The notes under the pieces are model-generated. The model saw nothing but the letters and a program-made list of their open reading frames with translations. It did not search any database and was not told the origin of the DNA. A DNA stretch of 64,000 nucleotides, taken from positions 2,873 through 66,872 of the forward strand of contig JBBTRH010000007.1 of the NCBI GenBank assembly GCA_038065275.1, read 5' to 3'. This DNA is from Patescibacteria group bacterium. GTDB lineage: Bacteria; Patescibacteriota; Patescibacteriia; SBBC01; CAIJZX01. The number at the start of each line of letters is the position of its first letter. Positions within the stretch are counted from its first letter, which is position 1. The translations under genes and the position numbers were made by a program. This document shows, piece after piece, positions 46,419-55,481 of this stretch.

Positions 46419-48503
46419 ATGCCCCCGCCGCGGTTCCAACTCGCCGCTCCTTTCCAGCCGACCGGCGACCAGCCGGCGGCGATCGCCAAGTTGGTGTCCG
46501 GATTGCGGGCCGGCCACCAAGCCCAGACGCTCCTCGGCGTGACCGGGTCGGGCAAGACCTTCACCATGGCTAATGTCATCGCGGAGCTCAACCGACCGGC
46601 GCTGATTATTTCCCATAATAAAACCTTGGCCGCGCAATTGGCCAGCGAGTTTAAGGACTTTTTCCCGCACAACGCCGTCGACTATTTCGTCTCGTATTAC
46701 GATTACTACCAACCCGAGGCGTACATGCCGCAGAAAGATTTGTACATCGAAAAAGAATCGCAGATCAACGAGGAAATCGACCGCTTGCGCAACGCCGCCA
46801 CGCGCGACTTGCTCAGCCGCCGCGACGTGATTATCGTGGCTTCCGTGTCCTGCATCTACGGCCTCGGCAGTCCGACGGCTTACCGGCAAGCGGCGATTTC
46901 CGTCGCCCGCGGTCAGCGCTTGCCGCGCCTGCCGTTCCTCAGGCAATTGAACTCGGCGCTCTACCAGCGGAACGACTACGACCTGACCCGCGGAACGTAT
47001 CGCGTCCGCGGCGAGGTGATTGACATCGTTCCGGCCTATGCCCAGGACTTGATCCGTCTTGAATTCGATGATCACGCCCTCCGGCGCATCTCAACGGTTG
47101 ACCAGCTGACCGGTCGAGTCGCCGCGGAGCATCAACGCATCACCATTTTTCCCGGCCGGCAGTTCGTGACTCAAGCCGCACAGTTGCCGGCCATCGCTCA
47201 AGCTATCCGAGCTGAGTTAGCCGTACGGGTAAAAGAGTTTGAGCGACTGCATAAGCCCCTCGAAGCCGAGCGGATCGCCCAGCGGACGAATTTCGACCTG
47301 GAGATGCTCCTCGCCACCGGCCTCACCGGCGGCATTGAGAACTACTCGCGGTACTTCGACGGCCGCCAACCGGGTCAGCCGCCAGCGACGTTGTTCGAAT
47401 ACTTCCCCGCCCCCGCCAAGGCTATGGCGAGCGGGCCCAAAGATTTCCTCCTGTTCATCGATGAGTCCCACATGACTATCCCCCAATTCCGCGCCATGTA
47501 TGAGGGCGACCGGGCGCGGAAACAGACGCTTGTTGATTACGGTTTTCGCCTGCCCTCGGCGCTCGACAACCGTCCCTTGAAGTTTGAGGAGTTCCTGAGT
47601 CGCATCCACCAACGGGTGTTCGTCTCGGCCACGCCGGCGCCGTATGAAATCCAAGAATCGCAACAAGTGGTCGAGCAACTCATTCGGCCGACCGGCCTGC
47701 TCGATCCGGCCGTCGCAATTCGTCCGACCGAACACCAGGTTGATGACCTGCTGAAAGAAATCAAAGCGGTGACCGGCCGGGGTCAGCGGGTGATCATTAC
47801 TACCCTCACCAAGCGCATGGCCGAGGACCTGACCGAGTACCTCCAGGAGTTGCAGATCAAGGTCCAGTACCTCCACTCCGACGTCGAGACTTTTGAACGG
47901 CTGGAAATCCTGCGCGACTTGCGACTCGGCGTCTATGACGTGGTGGTCGGCATCAATCTCCTCCGCGAGGGGCTTGATTTGCCCGAAGTGTCGCTGGTAG
48001 TCATTCTCGACGCCGACAAAGAAGGGTTCCTCCGTTCGGAAACCGCCCTAATGCAGGTCATGGGCCGGGCGGCCCGTCATGTCGAGGGCCGCGTGGTCAT
48101 GTACGCCGACGCGGTCACCGGCTCGATGCGACGGGCGATCGACGAAACCAAGCGCCGCCGCGCCACCCAGGAATCGTACAACTGGCGACACGGCATCACG
48201 CCGAAGACCATCGAGAAGGCCGTCCGCGAGGACCGCCTGGCCGGTCGGAAGCGCGAGGTGGAAGATGTCCCGACCATCGCCGCCGCTGACGTCCCGCCCG
48301 ACGAACTGCCTTTTCTCATCAAGACGCTCACCAATCAAATGGACTTAGCCGCTAAGAACCTCGAATTTGAAAAGGCGGCCGCCCTGCGGGATGAAATAAC
48401 CAAGCTTGAAAAAAGCCTGCCGCCGAAAGCCCGGACAAGGGGCGGTTTGCGGAGCAGCGGCCGGGGCAAGAACGTTCGGCGGCGGTCAATTGGCCGACGG
48501 TAG
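46419..48503 (+). CDS. uvrB: Excinuclease ABC subunit B
   Basis: PTGDQP, GVTGSGKT, YFVSYYDYYQPEAY, DESH, GINLLREGLD, C-terminal UVR domain. Confidence 0.98.
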   Translation: MPPPRFQLAAPFQPTGDQPAAIAKLVSGLRAGHQAQTLLGVTGSGKTFTMANVIAELNRPALIISHNKTLAAQLASEFKDFFPHNAVDYFVSYYDYYQPEAYMPQKDLYIEKESQINEEIDRLRNAATRDLLSRRDVIIVASVSCIYGLGSPTAYRQAAISVARGQRLPRLPFLRQLNSALYQRNDYDLTRGTYRVRGEVIDIVPAYAQDLIRLEFDDHALRRISTVDQLTGRVAAEHQRITIFPGRQFVTQAAQLPAIAQAIRAELAVRVKEFERLHKPLEAERIAQRTNFDLEMLLATGLTGGIENYSRYFDGRQPGQPPATLFEYFPAPAKAMASGPKDFLLFIDESHMTIPQFRAMYEGDRARKQTLVDYGFRLPSALDNRPLKFEEFLSRIHQRVFVSATPAPYEIQESQQVVEQLIRPTGLLDPAVAIRPTEHQVDDLLKEIKAVTGRGQRVIITTLTKRMAEDLTEYLQELQIKVQYLHSDVETFERLEILRDLRLGVYDVVVGINLLREGLDLPEVSLVVILDADKEGFLRSETALMQVMGRAARHVEGRVVMYADAVTGSMRRAIDETKRRRATQESYNWRHGITPKTIEKAVREDRLAGRKREVEDVPTIAAADVPPDELPFLIKTLTNQMDLAAKNLEFEKAAALRDEITKLEKSLPPKARTRGGLRSSGRGKNVRRRSIGRR

Positions 48504-48562
48504 CTGACACTTGCGCTCCTGGCGGAACGTGCTAAGATAGCCCCCGTTCTTTGTCATTTCTC

Positions 48563-48682
48563 CTTGTCCGACGAAGCCTTCTTGTCCACCGAAGCTTCAG
48601 CGTAGGTGGAGGCGTAGTCGGGCTTGTCCGACGAAGCCTTCTTGTCCACCGAAGCTTCAGCGTAGGTGGAGGCGTAGTCGGG
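48563..48682. repeat. Perfect 2 x 60-bp tandem repeat of nested palindromic units
   Basis: CTTGTCCGACGAAGCCTT[CTTGTCCACCGAAGCTTCAGCGTAGGTGGA]GGCGTAGTCGGG twice. Confidence 0.9.
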
Positions 48683-48714
48683 CTAAACCCGAAACCCGCT
48701 AGGAGGTGATCGCC

Positions 48715-49995
48715 GTGAGCCGGCTGTCCCAACGGAAATTGGCCAACGAATTTACCGTCATTTACGACCCCTTCGTCAGTTTGACCGTCGGGGTGGCCCT
48801 GGCCGTCATCGGCGGTTATCGCGACGACCAGGAGCGGCCGGGCATCCGCCACGCGCTTGAGCATAAACTCTGGCGTTCGACCCGGTTGCATCCGACCGGG
48901 ATGTCGTTCGCCCGTCATTGGGAACGGTTCACCCCGATGCTCCACGCCGAAACCGACAAATCGTCAGTGGTGTTCCACTGCGAGACGTCCCACCGGCATG
49001 TCCGGCCGGCTATCCGACTGATGGCCGAGATCGCTAAGCATCCGACCTTCCCGGCGGAACAAGTCCGGAAAGAAACGGAGCGGCTCCAAGAGGAGCGCGG
49101 CGACGAGGAAGACTCTCCCGAAACGAGATTGAACGAGGTGCTGGACCGGCTGATGTTCGCCGGCGACGGGCTCGGGCGCTCGGTTGATCGCGGCCACGCT
49201 ACCGTCGGCCAGTTCCGGCCCGCGGAACTGCGGACCCTCTACCGGCAGAAATTCGTCGGCCAACGCTTGGCGCTGATCGTGTCCGGAGGATTCACCCGTG
49301 ACCTGGTCGAACCGCTTATCACCCGGCTGTTCTCCGACCTCCCGCCCGGAACGGTTCACCAGTCGGCGGCGCTGAATTACCGCCGGCTCCGCGGCGGCAT
49401 CCGCCTGACCAGGGCCGAGTGCCAGAAACTGACGTTCCTGATCGGTTTCCCGACTTTCGGATTCGACCAGGAGTTGCCACGGATAGCCCTGGGCGTGATC
49501 CGCAACCACTTTTCCTCCCGGATCACTTCACGGCTGGGGATGAAGTTGGACGCCGCCGGGTTCGTTTACAGTTCCACCGACTCTTTGTGGTTCTGGCGTG
49601 ATGTCGGTCAATACTACTTTCAGGTTCCCCTCTTCCCCGAGAAGTTTTCCCGGGCCCTGGAAATCATCGCCGCTGAGCTCAATCTCCTCCGGGCCGAAGG
49701 CGTCACGGCTGACGACTTGGACCACGCCAAACATAACCTGGCCATGGAGGCCGGGGTCCGGTTCACCAAGCCGGAGGACGCCGCGCCGTTCTACGGCCGG
49801 GGGTGGGTGAATTGCGGCGGAGCGCCGGTACTCTCCGCCCCCCGTTACCGGCGGGTACTTGGGCGCGTCGATTGTCGCCTGACCCGCCGGGTAGCACGAA
49901 TGATCTTTACGAATGGGCGACTGGTTCTCGTCGCCCACGGACCGATCCCGAAGCTGACCAAGACGCAGATCCGTTCCTTACTGCGACTGCGTTGA
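48715..49995 (+). CDS. M16-family (pitrilysin-like) zinc peptidase
   Basis: HALEH inverted zinc motif, downstream EE; AGGAGGTG SD before GTG 48715. Confidence 0.8.
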   Translation: MSRLSQRKLANEFTVIYDPFVSLTVGVALAVIGGYRDDQERPGIRHALEHKLWRSTRLHPTGMSFARHWERFTPMLHAETDKSSVVFHCETSHRHVRPAIRLMAEIAKHPTFPAEQVRKETERLQEERGDEEDSPETRLNEVLDRLMFAGDGLGRSVDRGHATVGQFRPAELRTLYRQKFVGQRLALIVSGGFTRDLVEPLITRLFSDLPPGTVHQSAALNYRRLRGGIRLTRAECQKLTFLIGFPTFGFDQELPRIALGVIRNHFSSRITSRLGMKLDAAGFVYSSTDSLWFWRDVGQYYFQVPLFPEKFSRALEIIAAELNLLRAEGVTADDLDHAKHNLAMEAGVRFTKPEDAAPFYGRGWVNCGGAPVLSAPRYRRVLGRVDCRLTRRVARMIFTNGRLVLVAHGPIPKLTKTQIRSLLRLR

Positions 49996-50176
49996 CCCCT
50001 GTACCCACGGGGGTTTTTCTTAAAAAAATACCCGCCGGTCGTGTGCCGAAGACCGAACACGCGACCGGACGGGGTTTAGGGGTACTGTTGGCTCCCTCGG
50101 GAGCCAGAGGGGGGGGAACCCCGATCAGATTCAAAGAGCTCTGGAGCCAGAGGGTGCGGACGTCGATCTCACCGGG

Positions 50177-50353
50177 CTAGAAGCAGCCCGACGAGATCAT
50201 GTAGCGGCAGACCGCCTCCTGGAGGGTATACCAGAAGGGGATGAAAACCTGCACTTCCCCGTTGATGTCCCAGTCGGCGAGCGCCTTGCCTGCCGCCGCT
50301 GACATGACTGCCGTCGCTACCAGCGTCCGCCGCAGCTTCAGGAATTTCCGCAC
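50177..50353 (-). CDS. Small secreted peptide precursor (58 aa)
   Basis: GGAGGTG SD; basic N-terminus, hydrophobic stretch, ALA cleavage motif. Confidence 0.5.
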   Translation of the reverse strand: MRKFLKLRRTLVATAVMSAAAGKALADWDINGEVQVFIPFWYTLQEAVCRYMISSGCF

Positions 50354-50391
50354 ACGTATCACCTCCTCTCCTCTGGAATAGCCAGCTCCGG

Positions 50392-51156
50392 CTACGGTCC
50401 GACGCTGGCTCGTTGCGCCAGTACTGGATTCCGCTCCAGGGTGAGTTGCCGGCCGATCACGCTGATCTGGATACCGACAATATCCTTAAAGTCGAAGTCC
50501 CGGCCGGCATTCTGGAAACCGACAAGAAACGTGTTCGTTGTCGGTCGATCCTGGTACAACGGACTTTTGTCCCAGAGCTGCCGAAGCTCGGCTTGACTGT
50601 AGAGAATCTTCCAACTAAGCATGGCCTTCATCTGCCAGCAGTGATGCTCGATGACCGAACTTGGATTGCTCACCGTGGGCCGCGGTTCCGGCAGCGTTAC
50701 TGGTCCGATCGAGGACACCACCCGACCATCGGATAGCCGTATGGTCACCTTGTCCTTGTCTGATGCTCGCCAACTCGGACGCCCAGACTGAGGGAAGGGG
50801 CCCGTGACGGACATATTGACGATGAGGAACGTCAGGTTCTCGAGCGGATGGTACTGCTGATCCTTGAGTACGATCCGTTTCCAGAAGTAACCGCTCGACG
50901 TGCCCCGCGCCCACTTTTCCCAGGCATTCGGTCCGCAGTTGACGCACGAGTTCCGGGCGGCGTGTTGCGTGTCCGAAAAGCTCAGTCGCCGTCCGCGGTA
51001 CATCGCTCCGGAATCGACGGTGACCTCGAGGGTATCGTCGCCGGCGGTCGAGAAATACAGTTTCCCGCGCCAAGGAGCCTGCTCATACGAACTGGCCCGC
51101 GCCTCCGACAGCAGTCCGGCTGCCAGCACCAATATCAGCAACCACCGCCATCTCAT
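50392..51156 (-). CDS. Secreted hypothetical protein
   Basis: MRWRWLLILVLAAGLLSEARA signal peptide; ATGA overlap with the upstream gene. Confidence 0.65.
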   Translation of the reverse strand: MRWRWLLILVLAAGLLSEARASSYEQAPWRGKLYFSTAGDDTLEVTVDSGAMYRGRRLSFSDTQHAARNSCVNCGPNAWEKWARGTSSGYFWKRIVLKDQQYHPLENLTFLIVNMSVTGPFPQSGRPSWRASDKDKVTIRLSDGRVVSSIGPVTLPEPRPTVSNPSSVIEHHCWQMKAMLSWKILYSQAELRQLWDKSPLYQDRPTTNTFLVGFQNAGRDFDFKDIVGIQISVIGRQLTLERNPVLAQRASVGP

Positions 51157-51626
51157 ACGGCACCTCGCGATCCGGGGCTGATCAGCGGCGCCGGAGCGAC
51201 GCTGTGTTTGCGGGTGACCAACCAACTCGCCGTGATGAAACCAGCGAGTTGCATGAACTTATCAACCAGCGGCCATGTCGGCCAACTACGTTGCAACTGT
51301 TCGCCGACAGTCACCAAATAGATGAGGTTGAACAGGGTGTAAACGACCAGGATCAGACTGGTCGTCAGGTACAGCTCGACGAACTTCGACCAGCGCGGCG
51401 CATTGGGGTTCACGACGTGCATGAACTTCCAGACCAGACCGGTCCAGAGGAACAGCCCTATCGAGAAACCGATGACTGTGCCGAGCATGTCTTTCCCCAG
51501 ATCGAATCGGAGCAATCCGTAGGCGTCGAACGCCCAGCGCTTGATGACCTGCGTGACCGTCAGCACGATCATCATCAAGATGATGAGAGACGGATTGCCA
51601 GCCATCGCAGTCCTTTGAGGATCCAT
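51153..51626 (-). CDS. Hypothetical membrane protein (~4 TM)
   Basis: AAAGGAG SD; four hydrophobic segments. Confidence 0.65.
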   Translation of the reverse strand: MDPQRTAMAGNPSLIILMMIVLTVTQVIKRWAFDAYGLLRFDLGKDMLGTVIGFSIGLFLWTGLVWKFMHVVNPNAPRWSKFVELYLTTSLILVVYTLFNLIYLVTVGEQLQRSWPTWPLVDKFMQLAGFITASWLVTRKHSVAPAPLISPGSRGAV

Positions 51627-52048
51627 GGTTGATTCTCCTTTTGTTGTCAAAGATCGCCGGAACCCAGCGATCTATGGGGTCTGCCTATGCTAAATAGTCG
51701 CTAATGCTGGGTTTCTACCCCCACCCTACTCCTCCACTTTTCGTTCGTCAAGGCAACTCCCCCCTCACGAACGGCGTGGACATGAAAAAGGGTGCTGGTG
51801 TCAACGGCTGATGGAGGTGCCAGACTCACCGTTGACGTTCTCTCCGTCGGAGGGGCCTCCGGCAGCGGAGGGGGGACCTCGACATCAGGGACGGATCGGC
51901 GGATCGCGGGTCCAGCCGATTTTAGTCCAACCAGCACCCAACAATTACAGTATAGCCCTCCGGCTGGTAGCTGGCTATATCGCTTGATGGACACCACAGG
52001 TTGTGGTACACTCCGCCTGCTTGGCTGTTTATTTATTCCTGACTCGTC

Positions 52049-52309
52049 ATGCCCACTACTACCGCCGCCGCTAAAGCTTACCGCCAGAATCTTAAAGCTC
52101 GGGCGCGCAACGCGATCGTCAAGCATCAACTGAAAAAACTCCAGGTCCGGCTCCGGAAAGCGCTCACCGCCAACCAGACCGACCAGGTGAAGACCGTCGC
52201 TCAGGAACTCGTCCGTGCCTACGACAAAGCGGCCCAGAAGAAGGTCATCACTCGGAACACCGCGGCCCGCAAGAAGTCGCGGTTAGCCGCCGCGTTGCGG
52301 TCAGCCTAG
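52049..52309 (+). CDS. rpsT: 30S ribosomal protein S20
   Basis: AAKAYRQ, DKAAQKKVI..NTAARKKSRL. Confidence 0.95.
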   Translation: MPTTTAAAKAYRQNLKARARNAIVKHQLKKLQVRLRKALTANQTDQVKTVAQELVRAYDKAAQKKVITRNTAARKKSRLAAALRSA

Positions 52310-53301
52310 CGTTCAATCAGAATCAGATCGAGCAACGTCTCTGCGTCGAGCGGCGACGTTTTAAGATCGTGGTCAATCTCAAGCAGGCGATGGTGGAGAT
52401 CGCGTAGTTCAGCGGGCCGGAAATGCGATGTCTGGGCTAACGCTTTTTGGACGACGTACGGGTGCAGGCTAAGTTCGGCCGCGATCGCCGCCGGGCTGAG
52501 GCCGCGTTCCTTGGTCCGCTGCACCTGCCACAAATTACGGACATGGCTGGCCAGCGTGGCGATCAGGGCGAACTCGTTCGATCCGGCGGACAATTCGCGG
52601 TGCAGTAACTCAAGCGCCCGCGCGGTCTGACGCTGGCCAAGCGCGTCGGTCAAGGCAAAGATGTCGCTGGCGTATTCGCTCTTGACCATGGCGTCGACAT
52701 CGGCCACGGTCACGACGCGGCCGGCGGCGTAGGCCAACAGCTTCTCCAGTTCCGTCGCCATCCGCCAGGAATCCCGATTGCACAGCGCCACCAGGCGCTG
52801 GGCCGCGGCGGGATCGAGCAGGCCGGCTTGTGCTTGAGCTTCCCGGCCCAGCCAGGCCACGGCTTGCGCCGCCGTCAGCTGGGCGAATGTTTCACGTTTT
52901 TCCTTCGGCAGGACCAGTTGGCCGGGCGCTGTTCGTCCGGTAGTTTTGGCGCGTGACCCCGCCGCCGGTCGCCTGGCGGAACGCTCCGGCTCTGCCAGCA
53001 GGTCACGAATAACAACCACTACGTCGCTGTCCTTCGCCGCGACCGGTTCGAGTAGCGACGACAAGCGGTCTGGTTTGAGCGGCCCGTCAGGCGCATAGCG
53101 GTCAAGGGCGACAAATCGTTTGGCCGCAAAAAAACCCGTCGTCGTGACGGCGGTCCGCAGTTCTTCCAGGCTCGTCGTGGCGCCGTCGAGCGTCACGGTA
53201 TTGAACCCGCGCGGATCGTGCTTGGCTACGAATGCCGACCGCAGTTCGGCCAGTCGTTGGGCTGAACGGTAGGTGTCGGCGCCGGTCAGGTGGATGGTCA
53301 T
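52306..53301 (-). CDS. holA: DNA polymerase III delta subunit
   Basis: IHLTGAD, ELEKL, IFALTDA, HPYVVQKA; convergent with rpsT. Confidence 0.88.
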   Translation of the reverse strand: MTIHLTGADTYRSAQRLAELRSAFVAKHDPRGFNTVTLDGATTSLEELRTAVTTTGFFAAKRFVALDRYAPDGPLKPDRLSSLLEPVAAKDSDVVVVIRDLLAEPERSARRPAAGSRAKTTGRTAPGQLVLPKEKRETFAQLTAAQAVAWLGREAQAQAGLLDPAAAQRLVALCNRDSWRMATELEKLLAYAAGRVVTVADVDAMVKSEYASDIFALTDALGQRQTARALELLHRELSAGSNEFALIATLASHVRNLWQVQRTKERGLSPAAIAAELSLHPYVVQKALAQTSHFRPAELRDLHHRLLEIDHDLKTSPLDAETLLDLILIER

Positions 53302-53403
53302 CCCGTTAGAGGTGATGGAAATAAGAACATATCGAACTGCTTCTGGTGGATGCTTGGAGTGCACCTAATGGAAATAACATAGTATTCGTCACCTCTAACG
53401 AGA
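53302..53403. mobile_element. CCCGTTAG-family element abutting the holA start
   Basis: CCCGTTAGAGGTGA...TCACCTCTAACGAGA; TCAT on both flanks. Confidence 0.75.
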
Positions 53404-53521
53404 TCATGGCGTTGACCTCATCAGAGACAGTTTCCGTCCAACCGGACAATAAGACGACTATGCGTAACGAGGAAACAATGGTTGGGTTTGAACATGATCA
53501 TGCCCACGCTAATGGAGTTGG

Positions 53522-53617
53522 CCCCGTTAGAGGCGAAAGTTGTTTGCCTCAGTTAGCTGGTGCGATTCCGGACGCCGGAAAGATCAACCGTTCTCTTGAT
53601 ATCAGCGTCTAACGGGG
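53522..53617. mobile_element. CCCGTTAG-family element
   Basis: CCCCGTTAGA...TCTAACGGGG; flanks TTGG/TTGA. Confidence 0.65.
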
Positions 53618-53646
53618 TTGACAATCGGTCTTCCTTCTGCTAGCAT
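53618..53646 (+). promoter_or_regulatory. Sigma70-type promoter
   Basis: TTGACA-17 nt-TAGCAT, starting immediately after the element. Confidence 0.6.
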
Positions 53647-53704
53647 CAGGCGTTATCGTAACAGTATCACGGTTGGAACACAACGCACCTTCAAGGAGGA
53701 ACGC

Positions 53705-53956
53705 ATGATCCATCTGTCGCGGTATCATCGCTGGCGGTTGCGCCAGTTGGGCCTGACGGCGCGATCCGGCTCACCCGACAAGTGTTCCGGGGCTGATCTC
53801 GACCGGGTACTTCCGCGGCATTTCCCGCTCTCTCTAACCAGTGAGACCAGTGATCCGCCGGCTGGTGCCGATGCGCCGCACACGAATCAGGAACTGAACG
53901 TGATCATCAGCGGCTCGGCCGGAGGAATTCTCCCACCGCGTCTGCGCCAGAAGTAG
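53705..53956 (+). CDS. Hypothetical protein (83 aa)
   Basis: AAGGAGGA SD before ATG; promoter upstream. Confidence 0.5.
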   Translation: MIHLSRYHRWRLRQLGLTARSGSPDKCSGADLDRVLPRHFPLSLTSETSDPPAGADAPHTNQELNVIISGSAGGILPPRLRQK

Positions 53957-53968
53957 CGGGGACGACTC

Positions 53969-54070
53969 ATGCATCTTGGTCAACTGCTCTTCCTGATCGC
54001 GGTCGCCGCCGCGATTCTCCCGGTCTTTCGCCTGATCTGGAATCACGGTGACCGCTTCCCCAAGCGCTGA
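53969..54070 (+). CDS. 33-aa single-TM peptide MHLGQLLFLIAVAAAILPVFRLIWNHGDRFPKR
   Basis: GGGGA SD; hydrophobic core, basic tail; terminator AGCGCTGAT...ATCGGCGCT-T6 overlaps the stop. Confidence 0.5.
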   Translation: MHLGQLLFLIAVAAAILPVFRLIWNHGDRFPKR

Positions 54071-54146
54071 TTACAAGATCGGCGCTCTTTTTTCTGTGGA
54101 CAGTTACATGTTGACATTGATGGGGAAGTAAGAATAGACTACCAAT

Positions 54147-54438
54147 AACCGTGTGTCGTTTCCTTCGCTCCCTTTGCGGGGCCACGGAATCGGCGTGCGG
54201 ATGTCCGCAGGCGTCTTCCCCTTTCTCCAATTGTGGAGAGTGGCACATGAAGTGTCATTGTTGCTGGGACCACCCCGGCTAGCGCCGCCGCCTCGGCAAC
54301 ACAGCTCGTCCCCTAGCTCACGACCATCCGACCTCCTTCGGGAGGACTACGACCGCCGGGTCCGCTACAGTCGCCCTTCGGGGCCGCTCCAGGACCACAA
54401 AGTCATCGAAAGGCCGCTGTGAGCTAGGGGTCTTTTTT
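54147..54438 (+). ncRNA. Candidate multi-hairpin structured RNA
   Basis: TTGACA-18-TAGACT promoter (54111-54140); several hairpins; closing helix CCCCTAGCTCAC/GTGAGCTAGGGG then T6. Confidence 0.45.
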
Positions 54439-54529
54439 ATACTCCTCCCCTGTACTGGAGGGGATGGGGAGGAAGTGAAGCCGAGCGAAGCGAGAGCTGA
54501 ACGACGGAGAGGGGTCGGTATGCCGGGAA

Positions 54530-54748
54530 TTATTGTTCGTTCTCGACATCGCTTTCTTCGTCACCTAGGGCAGGAGCCTCGTTCGATTCGTTATCCCCGA
54601 CGTCGCCCGTCACGACTTCGGGTGTTTCCGGTTTTTCGTCGTCTGGCGGATCTTTCACGTATTCCCGACCCACCCGATCGTCGACTTCATGTTCAGTTTC
54701 CTCGTCCTCAAACCCCGTATCCTTTGGCTCGCGATCTTCTGGACCCAT
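54530..54748 (-). CDS. Small acidic hypothetical protein
   Basis: 72 aa, very D/E rich, co-oriented with upstream genes. Confidence 0.5.
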   Translation of the reverse strand: MGPEDREPKDTGFEDEETEHEVDDRVGREYVKDPPDDEKPETPEVVTGDVGDNESNEAPALGDEESDVENEQ

Positions 54749-54774
54749 TGTTGTATACTTAAGTTGATAAAGCG

Positions 54775-55359
54775 TTATTGGTTCATCATCCCCTTAAGCG
54801 ATTTGACGACCGAGGTCAGGACCATCACCCCGTCTTCTCCGCCGAGGTGGCGTTTCTGGTGCTCGATGACCAGTTTAGCCCCGAGTTCCCTGACGAAGAG
54901 TTTGCCGGCCTCTACCGGGACATATTGATCGTCGTCGGACATGATGGCGGTCAGGTTTTCAAAATGCGAACGAATCTTCGGCCAGTTTAGCGGCCGTTCG
55001 AGCCAGGGCGTCGCGACCGCGGCCGCTTCTTCGTCTTCCATCGCCACCGGTTTGAGCGTCACCCATCCGGCCACTAGCACCACCCCGCCAACTTTCACTC
55101 CCGCCGGCAAGGTTTCGAGATAGCGCAATATCGCCTGACAGCCGATGCTGTGGCCAACCATGAATGTTTGCTCATCGGCCCGACCGACAACGTGTTTGAG
55201 AAACGGCACCCAGGTGTCGATGGTCGGATGAGCCGGATCGGGCATGGCCGGCACATGAACTTCAACGCCCTCTGCCTCAAGTTTTTTCTTCAACCAGGGA
55301 AACCAGCCCTCCTGCGGCGATCCTTCCCAGCCGTGAATAATAAATACCCTCTTAGTCAT
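54775..55359 (-). CDS. RBBP9/YdeN-family alpha/beta hydrolase
   Basis: FIIHGW, WFPWL, GHSIG nucleophile elbow, SDDDQYVP. Confidence 0.88.
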   Translation of the reverse strand: MTKRVFIIHGWEGSPQEGWFPWLKKKLEAEGVEVHVPAMPDPAHPTIDTWVPFLKHVVGRADEQTFMVGHSIGCQAILRYLETLPAGVKVGGVVLVAGWVTLKPVAMEDEEAAAVATPWLERPLNWPKIRSHFENLTAIMSDDDQYVPVEAGKLFVRELGAKLVIEHQKRHLGGEDGVMVLTSVVKSLKGMMNQ

Positions 55360-55362
55360 ATA

Positions 55363-55452
55363 TTAATTAGAGGCCGTCCTTGCCCCGCACCCGACGAGCG
55401 GCTGAGGAGCGGTGCGGGGCCAACCGTGGATGATGAAAACTCGTTGTTTCAT
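55363..55452 (-). pseudogene. Truncated 5' duplicate of the hydrolase gene, cut by a palindrome
   Basis: MKQRVFIIHGW versus MTKRVFIIHGW, then GCCCCGCACC...GGTGCGGGGC and a stop. Confidence 0.7.
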
Positions 55453-55481
55453 GATTTATCGTCCGTAGTCAACACCCCTCC

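Noticed and set aside
48563-48682. Possible CRISPR array
   Set aside because: Two identical units with no unique spacers and no cas genes in the window
3554-53617. Integron attC cassette array
   Set aside because: Core motifs are in the opposite order to attC, copies are dispersed among housekeeping genes, and no integrase is present
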